From positions 1 through 57,601 of IMG/VR virus record IMGVR_UViG_3300027956_000010: 57,601 nucleotides of DNA; one strand, 5' to 3'. The stretch's first letter is position 1. Every line of letters starts with the position of its first letter. Positions 40,201 through 47,781 of the stretch are shown piece by piece. Source of the DNA: a virus. Taxonomy: Duplodnaviria; Caudoviricetes. Below the pieces are notes generated by a model. That model worked only from the letters and a program-made list of their open reading frames with translations. It did no database searches and was not told the origin of the DNA. The position numbers and the translations under genes are program-made.

Positions 40201-43200
40201 AAGGTGATGTATTTGCTGTAAGAAGCCCTGAGCAAGTTCATATTCTAACTAAGGCTGATCTATCTACTCTCAAGAAAATTAATGACAAATATGATGCAGA
40301 ACTAGCTGCTTTAGAAGGAGCTAAACCTGTTACAAAAGCTGCTCCTGCTGTAACACCAGCTCCTGTAAATACAGGATATAATCTAAATGGCACTGCAGAA
40401 AACACGATACCTATAGCTGGAGCTGATGTGGTATTCACGGCTGATGAAAAAGATTTAGCAGGCACGCTAAAGTTAGTTAAGGTTCCAGATAGCCTTCTGG
40501 AGAACATGCGTAAGGTGCAACAGGCTACCACTGGAAAAGTGGATGAAGATGTAATCAAGAACACTGTGGCTGCTTTTGTTCTCGCTGAACTGCAGAAAGC
40601 TACACCTAAGATGATTCCTCAAACTCCTCAGATTCCTGAGGTGAACGCTGAAACACAGGCTGATCTAGATGCAGCATGGGAGAATACTGACCCCACTCCT
40701 GATGATCCAGAACTTCGTAGAGTGTTACACTCTGATCTTGAGAAGTTCAGTGCTGAGAACTGGCCTAAGCTGGAGAAAGCTATCAAACAAATCTTCCCCA
40801 ACATTCCTGTATATCGTGTAAAGAACATGATTACAGGAACCAATGGTTTACAAGCCTGGGGTATGTATAAGAATGGAGCCATCTATATTTCTGAGAATGC
40901 TATCATGGGTACAGCTCTACATGAGATATTCCACCCCATCTGGCAAAGCTTTACAACTTCTGAAGAGCGTCTTCTCATTGAAAATGAGGTGCGCAGCAGA
41001 AAGGGTAGCTTTGTTGATAGAAGAACATTCAAAACTGTTGACTATGCTGACGCCACCTCTAAACAAATTGAGGAGCTATTAGCAGATGAGTTTGCTGAAT
41101 ATTATAAGGATGGTAAGTTTCCTGTAGAACCTAAGTCTCTACTTGCTCGTATATTCAAGCAACTGGTTGACTTCTTTAAAACTTTCTTTACAGGAAAAGA
41201 AGCTGAGACAAACACCAACAAGTTATTTGATAAGATTGGTAGAGGTTATTACAGCACTCTCGTAATGGGAGAAGCTGAACTAGCCTTTGCGAAGGTGGGT
41301 GTTATAGATATTGAAGATGCTTACATTACAGCAGATGCTAGCCTGAGTGAGATTCCTACATTCACCACTAAGCAGGTGAATGACATCATGGAGCAAATGA
41401 CCTTCCTAAGTATAGGATATATGCAGAGAGATGGTCAGAGCTTATTTGATATTGATGAGGGAATCAAGAAGTCTGATATATACGCTAAGGTGAAGACAAA
41501 CATTGTGTCTAAGCTTAAGGGTATGAATGAGCAATTAAAGAATGATGCTAAGGCAGGTTTAATTGCTGAAGATACAGCTCTTCAACGTGGCATGGTGTAT
41601 CGTGATATGTTCAATAAAATCATGCTCAATTGGGATAAGCTTACAGAGGCTCACGAAATCTATCTGAAGAAATACGGAATAGAGTTTGATGAGAATGATG
41701 ATGCAAACCTGAAGAGCGATGAGAATAGTGGTAAAGGTGAGTATGATGGTGCACATAAGATAGACAACTATAGAAAGCTGAACAGTGCTGTAAAGCTTGT
41801 TCTGGCTACACTTCCCATCACAGATAATAATGGCAAACCTATTCCTTCTTCTATAGGAGGGGTGAATCTCCTTCCTTTGGGAGAGGCTTATGTTTCTGTA
41901 ATGAACAATGTCCATGATTCTTTGAACACAGAGGACATGCTTTCCAGAATTGCTGACATGGCAGCTAATGATACAAACTATGAATTGCTCTATCAACGTT
42001 TAGCAAAGACTAGTTCTGACAATGCTCCTGATTGGAATAGTATGCAAAAGCATAATATTCAATTACTTACAGCTTTCACTGTAGCTTTCAATAAGCAGAA
42101 TCCTGAGGTAAAGATACTAGACATCCTTGCTGAAGGAGGTGTACAGGTGGCTGAAGGTAACTTGAATACTGCTACAAGACAGATTGTAAAAGACTTTGAA
42201 AACGGTATTAGAACTGTATTCATCGATCCAAAGAATAAACTCTTTACATACGACGCTAAGAAGAAGGGATACTATCCTAATGTTGATGCTATAAAGGGTA
42301 CACCTCTTGGAACTCCTCAAGAGAAGGTGAAATTCTTGGCATCTCTTGGTATTACATTTAACGCTGCTGACATAGTTACTCTTGAGACTAGCAACCCTGG
42401 ACTGTTTGAGAGATTCAATATAGCTACCAATGGTGTGTACAAGAGTTTGTTGGAGCGTGAGAAAGTTGCTACAGTTACGGGTAAAACCTTAGATATTACT
42501 AAGAGATTACGTACACTTGCTGCTATTAAGGCACGTATGGAGAATCCAGAGTTCCCTAGCACATTCTATGGTGTTAACGGAGAGAAGCTCCAAACATTTA
42601 TCGGAACCAATCCTAGTAATGAGTTGTACAAGAATATTTCTGCAGCTCCTACCTATGAATCTTTGCAGGGTAGTAATGGATATGGTTACCTGTATACAGA
42701 CTCATTTGCTCAGAACTCAGTGATACTGAATGCCATCTTTAATATTAATAAAGAAACAAAAACTGGTAATAAGAGAACTGGTGGAAGAGTATCAGAGCTC
42801 ATGAAAACTAGTGTTGCTAATGGTACTAACGACCAAACTAGCGGCAGAAAGAAAGAGTCTTCTAAGCTCAATCAGAAGGAGCGTTTGATCCAGGAGATCA
42901 ATATGAACCTAGAGGGTTACTATTACAATCTTGTGGCTGGAGATGCTTCTCTAGAATACCAGACATACATGGGAAATCATGTGTCTATGGAGGACATGAG
43001 AAGAGGATATGACACTGTAAATGAGATCTTTAGAGGGTATCTGATTGATGAGATTAATCTAGCTAGAGATAACAGACGTGTAGCTAAAGGTAGAAACACA
43101 AACGACTTACGTTTCATGAATGCTATCCTTGGAGCAGAACTATCTAAACAAGTTCTTGCTCAAGAGGGAGAAGCTAAAGATATTGTAAGTAGAGACGCTA

Positions 43201-46200
43201 TCAAGAAAAAGGTGGATGCTGCTGTTGAAAGATATATAAAGGCTGAAACAGCTAAGCTTCAAAACACCCTTGAGAAGTATAGTATTGTGGAGAAGACTAA
43301 AGAAGATGAGTACACTGTAGAAGACCTCTCTTTCTCTAAGTCAGGAGTGGTGAGCAAAGCTAATCTTGACATTCATATGTCCACCATTACGGTGAACTAT
43401 ATGATTGCTAATATAGAATACCACAAACTTCTGTATTCAGATCCTTATCAATATTCTGATGAGCTGAAGCGTATTAAGAACTTCCTGTCTCCACGCCAAG
43501 CTATTCTACATGGTTCAGGTAATATGAACTCTGTTCTGAACAAAGTATGGAATGAAGGATTTGAACCTGGAGATATTGGGTATACAGACTTTACAAAAGA
43601 TAGCTTTGACAGCACTACATTGGCTGACGTTATTGGTACAGATGCAATGGATGGATATGAAGGATTCAAAGAGACTGATGGTGCTGGTATGATTACATTC
43701 AAAGCACACAGAAACTTTAGAATTCGTGCTTCCAACTGGAGCGCTGCTGAGGAAAGACAATACAGACATGATGTAGCTTATGAGAAGCTTATAAAATCTG
43801 GAGCTACAGATAAGCAGATTGCTGAGTTTGAAAAGAACAATCCTGCTGTAAAAAGTGCTTACACTCCTAGCAAACCTATTGTTGCTGGTAACAAAGGTGG
43901 AAACAAGAGCTACAACGATCCTCTATTGGATAAGTTCGCTCTCTATCCTCTATCCTTCCGTGTATTAAATGAGATGGATAGACTAGCTAAGCATGGGGAG
44001 TCTAATGCCATGAAGCTTCTGAAGAAGATGGAAGGTCAGAAACTAGACTACGTAGTATATGCTAGTGCTAGAAAGGTGGGTGCTGAAGAGATAAATGATG
44101 TGTACAATGATAAAGGAGAATTTAATACAGCTCCTTACAAGGGCATCATTAATGTTCCGTTCTCTATCATGAGTGTACAATCTGAGGTGCCTTCTAAAGA
44201 AGAAGATCTGGTTACCAGAGGATCTCAGATGACTAAGCTCATCACCATGGACTTCATGGATGCTGGTGTACCTATTGACTTTGAGAAGAGTAAGACTTTC
44301 CCTGAGCGTTATAAAAGCTGGTATGCACTTGATGAAGATCAAAGAGAAACAGCATCTCCTTTATATAAAGAAATCAAAACCAACCAATTGCTTCTAGAAG
44401 CTCTTACAGATGAAGGATACAAAACCTTCCTTAAGAAGCTAGGAATTACGGAGGTGAATGGTGAGTATGTTGTCACAGATTTCTCTAAGGCAGCTAAAAC
44501 TCTGCGTGATGAGATTCTTAAGAGAGAGGCTAACAGCAACATGATTGCTGCACTGAATAGCTTCCTGGAAGGTAAGGCTGTACTAGAAGCTACACCTGCT
44601 TACCAAAGCATCAGAAACATCCTCTACTCCTTGGCTGACAAGAACTTCATATCTCCCAAGATGCCTGGAGGATCAAAAGTGCAGCTTCCTCATACACTTC
44701 TTGAGGCAGTGCGTGCTAAGAAAGAAGGAGATGCTTACACATCTGACTTCCTTAAGTTCTATGAGAATAAAGATGGTGAGCGCTATTGTGAGATAATGGT
44801 GGGTAGATGGTTCAAGAGTGATAAGACTGATGAGGAGTTATTAAAATATTTCAATGAAACCAAGGAAGGGCAAGCACAACTAGCTGCTCTAGCTGGTGTA
44901 GCTTTCCGTATTCCTACAGGTAAACAAAACTATATTGAGTCATTCAGAATTAAACGCTTCCTTCCTGCAGAATATGGGGATGCTGTAATTGTCCCCTCTG
45001 CACTTGTTCAGAAGGTAGGATCTGACTTTGACATAGATAAACTCAATATCTATCTGAAGAACCTTTATACAGATGGAAGAGGTAATCTTAAGCTTGTTCC
45101 CTATTTTGGAATAGGTGAAAAGGCTAGAGCTGAGTTTGCTAAGATGATTGATAGTGGTGAGTTCCTTAGCAAGAATCAATTACAGGAACTTGACCGTATT
45201 ATTGAGGAAGAGAAAGATGTTCTGTTCAGTCCTCAGTATGACTTTGAGGGTAAACCATTTGGCACCGAACAACAGAGACTTCTTAGAACCATCTTTGCAC
45301 AAGCCTTTGATGATCAAGAGATTACAAAGGATTTTGTAAAGAGCGTTACTAAGGAAGCCTTTAGAGAGAACCTAATCAACAAGCTTTACAAACAGAGTTT
45401 GGAGAATGCTTACATCCAGTCTAGTCAGAACCTGGTAGAAAGAGAAGATAACTATGCTCAGCTTACTAGACCTAACTCTGCTAAAGAGCTAGAGGATTTG
45501 TCTAAGAAGATTACAGAAAAGCTTGGTCTTCCCACATTTGACTACACTGATGTAGGAAATATGTTGGATAGAACCTTCATGTCAAGACTTAGACATGCGT
45601 TTGTAACAGGTAAATATGCAATTGGTATTGCAGCTGTAGCTCAAACTAACCACTCTCTAAACCAGAGAGAACCAATCATCGTTGATCCTAGAAAACTTTC
45701 TGGTCTTAGTAAGGTGGATCAGTACTGGTTAGGAAATGATATTCAGCTTAAGTTTGCTGATGGTTTCAACACTATTGATATAGATGGAAACACTTACACA
45801 TCTCTATCTGGAATTAAGAGTGCTGATAAGAAATATATATCCAATACTATTGGTATGTTTATCGATGGATATGTGGATATCTCTAAGGGTCCATGGATTA
45901 TTGAGTTAGGTGCTACACCTAATGTAGCAGGAACCTATCTGTTCCTTGTGAAAGCAGGTGTTCCTGTAGACACAGTGTCTTATTTCATGAACCAGCCTAT
46001 CATCCGTGAATATCTACAGAACCTAGAGAATGCTGGATACAGCTACCTGTTCAATGATAGAATGGTAGATGAGGTGAAAAGCAAGTACAAGGCATCTGCT
46101 GCACAACTTGCCAAGATAACAGAGATTCCTTCCAAAGGAAAACTATTTGAAACAATTGGTCAAACTACATTTGACGAGAAACAAAAAGCAGAACAGCAGT

Positions 46201-47780
46201 TTATTTTAAACGAGTTCTTGAAATATTCTAAGTTAAGTGAGCAGTTGATGATGGTGACACAAGGAACTAACTTTGACACAGCTAGCTTCAATGATCCATT
46301 CTTAGTACTTAAGAAGGAGCAACAGCTCATCAAGGCTAGAAAGTCTGTGATCTCTTCTCCTGATAACATATTGAATAACAGCTTCTTAGGAACTTTACGT
46401 GAGAGAATAAACGAAGCTAGAAAGGCTATTGCAAAATTCCTCATCTCTGATAGAGGAGTTGTAGGAGATGTGCTTGGAAAGGTGATGGAGCCTTATGTAG
46501 GTATGTACAACGAGAGAGACTTCCTGAAGGTATCTAGAAAAGCAGTAACAGACTTCTTTGACTGGGCTGTACAAATTGATAGTAGTAGAAATGCTCTTAT
46601 TCCAAAGCTCCTACTTAGTGACAACAATGCTCCTAAGGAAGTGATGGAGTTCATGACCTCTATTGCAAACAATCCTAGTCATCCATTATTTACGAATTAT
46701 ATCGTAGGTAAGAATGGTATCATGCAACATCAAGCTCCTCAGAAGAATGGTGGCGTAAATAACCTATCTTTGAAGAATAAAGATAATAAGGTGTACGACC
46801 AGGATCGCATAATCAGTTCCTTCCGTGAGGTGAGAGAATATCTGAAAGGTCAGAATAAAGAAACTCTATATAAGAAGATTGTAGGCGTATCTATTTTGCA
46901 GTCAGGATTATCCACCACACCATTCTCTTTTACATCTCTACTTCCTTATGAAGACTTCGCAGATATATATAACAACGTGCTCACTAAGCTAGAAGAAGAG
47001 TCTGATATTGATATAACAAAGTTCTATGAGGTAAATGCCTTCCAGAGAAATAATTGGAACAACGATGATATTGTTCCTTCTGAGAAAGCTAGGGGTGGTT
47101 ACAACTATTTGGGTGAGCCTTATTACAACCTGAACATGAACTTTGATAAGCATGGTGCTCTGTTGAATGCTATGAGAAATGGAGAGATTCCACAACTATT
47201 AAAACTTTCTTCTAGAACAGCTGCTGGTCAAGCTGATATTGTTTCTTATACATGGGATGTGGTTCCTGCTGGTAAGACAAAGATGCAAATGATGAAAGAG
47301 GGTGACTACTCTTTTAGAAAGAGAGGACTGTTCAAGAAGGTGTACATCGATGAGACTAACAAAATCCCTGCAGTTCTGAAGGAAGGTAAGTATGAGAACT
47401 ACGTATACCAAATGATTAATGCATGGGGAGATAGCTTCAGAGCTAACGAGTTCTACACAGAACCTACAGTGTCTGTAATAGACAACGGGTTTGTAAAGGT
47501 GGAACCCACTACATACACTAAGGAGTACACGTTCCAGGATAAGAAGTACACCATGCAAGGTGCTACATCTCCTGAGCGTTCTAACAACTATGTGGCTAGA
47601 TACTTTGGTGCACAGGCTGCTGAAACACCTGTAGAAATAGAACCTGTATCTCAGAAGACAATGAAATTAAAAGATGGTGTAACTTATGCCTTCCCAGCAA
47701 TCAATGCTAAGATGCTAGAAGAAATGGGATATACACCTGAAGAAGCTGGTAAAATTATAACCTTAACTTGTAAGAGATAA
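34269..47780 (+). CDS. Giant virion-packaged DNA-dependent RNA polymerase polyprotein (4503 aa)
   Basis: Catalytic GSDFDIDK (DFDID at 45024-45038) preceded by FRIPT; ETDGAG motif; zincin HEIFH (40920-40934) with downstream EELLADEF; N-terminal hydrophobic helices and long coiled coil. Confidence 0.92.
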   Translation: MPGFDKNLNPLLTNTNTELPELDNPSSNVNRGSVQGGLSGNAGNALDRFFGAGPVVTPMAPTVSAQELYENRRYAIYSPDIVNIEDQKAYAQSNLDKAVNGLLKGVNLAATTVAGSVGMLYGLAKSPFSGRFADIWDNEMMRGLDEWNSKVDNEYLPNYYTDTEKNATWYSTDNWFKTNFLFDKLIKNSGFAVGAMVSGNIANAGLLKAGRALGGLLAPSSAIAAESAQGFKLYTPLLKNLSRTFSNGKNIEAAAVLEKEISSIADLTTRTSKLADIAAQTSRFAQFGDEGRRALVAAYSSAGESSFEALQTAKEYRENLIEQYKQVNNGQEPVGLALDEINAKADAVGKSSFFGNLALLSATEFTQLPYLLGSTYSSTKNAANSLLTKVDDVILKDGKYVAKAAEKTGFGKLFQTSMKVGGYVFDPKEAGQELGQFALQVGVQNYFDKAEQTGDASLWVDGFLYGLTGRDDKGEGKGAFVSKEGMESMVLGGITGGLMQAVGKFGESTALATNTQQFISGLNNAPTFKEAFKDRLASVNRGIVLREQEQQAIVKGDKLEALDLKRDMMHNYLSTRIKYGRFDMVMDDLADLKKEGLTAGGLANLKSQGYANINDTVDSFQQRVANLEKAATATNEIYNSLGIRFGGITTPDGKKIYTPEVLDKMAYATSKIADYDVRIPQVNARLAEAGVDTSEILTSIFKEGTPVKEAVDKAVADISNIDTIDTDGLQQDLRDVVELSLRRKMFLNEYNDMKNNPQKYTTPEATAPTNTRGEKPKDIIKVNTKDGVKDVEVGETYVAGAKTIETVDGIKVQKFSEFQVIGTNEDGNIVVKTDDGRNLAIKPAVFEEYMLSKKADMNRAARFYVENSDNKYHFRFKGGKEAIGKIVYDKATKTLYFESDELRKNGKPKHRIPVNLDQFQIKPGYDSAQIWTNSKYSPASTAILNEEETAAEKDARVNLENKIAARRQIIKEVHDETKAKIEEIDRKIVDKKEALVKLNEEIETLGQFRVKDKYSNVSIITDFSKVFNRSMKGLTKLAGLRTDLEREIGELEAEKEALEFNISHFEDFMQNLRELPEDFYDMMDELDEQIKGLKDLAISSGKQINQFSKLLDSVEDTMKDLLSMLKTAFQKFDSQYPQEIRDKFDELRKSTTVNYTDILGLKEMIEDYNFLEDLKKEIAISEEDVTNLRNKITDLYNQIDEIGKDQRAKEQILEAFYGAMQKELSRKEEEKSIKKNEEVINQILGTLNQGIANAPYDREYQPDRRKSLRVINKATTAPSARSFEREGVPPTEHALRANRFGFKFPTLANRADVKGVVVTNSTQAQLIPGLTQFLAQGKPDVKPENTIALVMAIPSKDGKSYTLVNENGEAIPGKAETETDEQYQERLHNSAVFQVFPLSIDNLFPESVSDENVRLQVSAKFDQFRKDALAATTLTNYNITASFGTPDRVKELDDKGTPKEDYVPVSVVDSGLVTQADLTGSPVLYVPTLEERITRGSTSFGNALGRVFLRLNNAYVALNNRQHTAKEANTIYQVIHRLSNIIVDENKKGKFILGESPEAQRLIDWLRTVVYWGSPREGKVAGFNSVWFEKTEDGFKLFMSGKQNDEGKYTPVSEFTPTALEDNRGVITAVLERMFTNTNSRLTENDADYNKRYEQITGINPDGTIESIIWPNYQTYLLSPKQADGKGNRDGKEIPLTTNIRPQEDTNDVNRNGIYFIINDADFDKKYTDEAPVANPAVTAPTTAPESKFNLDGVTENSVKIGDNTVVFTADSKDLAGTIKISDKTDKALVDKLLESQPDKEMVMNTLAQFVIGKVKEDQARVAKAAVLQPDVSARAQAQGTARTEPVVTAAPVSTDAKADIEKRRKAEIESFVTKIFPNTKVKEIVYHGGPDAVTGKFKESFTPEGAFYAGIFFSNSLEYIEQLGKDTGKDVSKITTAVINSIDNFKVKEPLSYEAGQYWYFEQYDSVQGKDAGQRVEGDVFAVRSPEQVHILTKADLSTLKKINDKYDAELAALEGAKPVTKAAPAVTPAPVNTGYNLNGTAENTIPIAGADVVFTADEKDLAGTLKLVKVPDSLLENMRKVQQATTGKVDEDVIKNTVAAFVLAELQKATPKMIPQTPQIPEVNAETQADLDAAWENTDPTPDDPELRRVLHSDLEKFSAENWPKLEKAIKQIFPNIPVYRVKNMITGTNGLQAWGMYKNGAIYISENAIMGTALHEIFHPIWQSFTTSEERLLIENEVRSRKGSFVDRRTFKTVDYADATSKQIEELLADEFAEYYKDGKFPVEPKSLLARIFKQLVDFFKTFFTGKEAETNTNKLFDKIGRGYYSTLVMGEAELAFAKVGVIDIEDAYITADASLSEIPTFTTKQVNDIMEQMTFLSIGYMQRDGQSLFDIDEGIKKSDIYAKVKTNIVSKLKGMNEQLKNDAKAGLIAEDTALQRGMVYRDMFNKIMLNWDKLTEAHEIYLKKYGIEFDENDDANLKSDENSGKGEYDGAHKIDNYRKLNSAVKLVLATLPITDNNGKPIPSSIGGVNLLPLGEAYVSVMNNVHDSLNTEDMLSRIADMAANDTNYELLYQRLAKTSSDNAPDWNSMQKHNIQLLTAFTVAFNKQNPEVKILDILAEGGVQVAEGNLNTATRQIVKDFENGIRTVFIDPKNKLFTYDAKKKGYYPNVDAIKGTPLGTPQEKVKFLASLGITFNAADIVTLETSNPGLFERFNIATNGVYKSLLEREKVATVTGKTLDITKRLRTLAAIKARMENPEFPSTFYGVNGEKLQTFIGTNPSNELYKNISAAPTYESLQGSNGYGYLYTDSFAQNSVILNAIFNINKETKTGNKRTGGRVSELMKTSVANGTNDQTSGRKKESSKLNQKERLIQEINMNLEGYYYNLVAGDASLEYQTYMGNHVSMEDMRRGYDTVNEIFRGYLIDEINLARDNRRVAKGRNTNDLRFMNAILGAELSKQVLAQEGEAKDIVSRDAIKKKVDAAVERYIKAETAKLQNTLEKYSIVEKTKEDEYTVEDLSFSKSGVVSKANLDIHMSTITVNYMIANIEYHKLLYSDPYQYSDELKRIKNFLSPRQAILHGSGNMNSVLNKVWNEGFEPGDIGYTDFTKDSFDSTTLADVIGTDAMDGYEGFKETDGAGMITFKAHRNFRIRASNWSAAEERQYRHDVAYEKLIKSGATDKQIAEFEKNNPAVKSAYTPSKPIVAGNKGGNKSYNDPLLDKFALYPLSFRVLNEMDRLAKHGESNAMKLLKKMEGQKLDYVVYASARKVGAEEINDVYNDKGEFNTAPYKGIINVPFSIMSVQSEVPSKEEDLVTRGSQMTKLITMDFMDAGVPIDFEKSKTFPERYKSWYALDEDQRETASPLYKEIKTNQLLLEALTDEGYKTFLKKLGITEVNGEYVVTDFSKAAKTLRDEILKREANSNMIAALNSFLEGKAVLEATPAYQSIRNILYSLADKNFISPKMPGGSKVQLPHTLLEAVRAKKEGDAYTSDFLKFYENKDGERYCEIMVGRWFKSDKTDEELLKYFNETKEGQAQLAALAGVAFRIPTGKQNYIESFRIKRFLPAEYGDAVIVPSALVQKVGSDFDIDKLNIYLKNLYTDGRGNLKLVPYFGIGEKARAEFAKMIDSGEFLSKNQLQELDRIIEEEKDVLFSPQYDFEGKPFGTEQQRLLRTIFAQAFDDQEITKDFVKSVTKEAFRENLINKLYKQSLENAYIQSSQNLVEREDNYAQLTRPNSAKELEDLSKKITEKLGLPTFDYTDVGNMLDRTFMSRLRHAFVTGKYAIGIAAVAQTNHSLNQREPIIVDPRKLSGLSKVDQYWLGNDIQLKFADGFNTIDIDGNTYTSLSGIKSADKKYISNTIGMFIDGYVDISKGPWIIELGATPNVAGTYLFLVKAGVPVDTVSYFMNQPIIREYLQNLENAGYSYLFNDRMVDEVKSKYKASAAQLAKITEIPSKGKLFETIGQTTFDEKQKAEQQFILNEFLKYSKLSEQLMMVTQGTNFDTASFNDPFLVLKKEQQLIKARKSVISSPDNILNNSFLGTLRERINEARKAIAKFLISDRGVVGDVLGKVMEPYVGMYNERDFLKVSRKAVTDFFDWAVQIDSSRNALIPKLLLSDNNAPKEVMEFMTSIANNPSHPLFTNYIVGKNGIMQHQAPQKNGGVNNLSLKNKDNKVYDQDRIISSFREVREYLKGQNKETLYKKIVGVSILQSGLSTTPFSFTSLLPYEDFADIYNNVLTKLEEESDIDITKFYEVNAFQRNNWNNDDIVPSEKARGGYNYLGEPYYNLNMNFDKHGALLNAMRNGEIPQLLKLSSRTAAGQADIVSYTWDVVPAGKTKMQMMKEGDYSFRKRGLFKKVYIDETNKIPAVLKEGKYENYVYQMINAWGDSFRANEFYTEPTVSVIDNGFVKVEPTTYTKEYTFQDKKYTMQGATSPERSNNYVARYFGAQAAETPVEIEPVSQKTMKLKDGVTYAFPAINAKMLEEMGYTPEEAGKIITLTCKR

Positions 47781-47781
47781 T

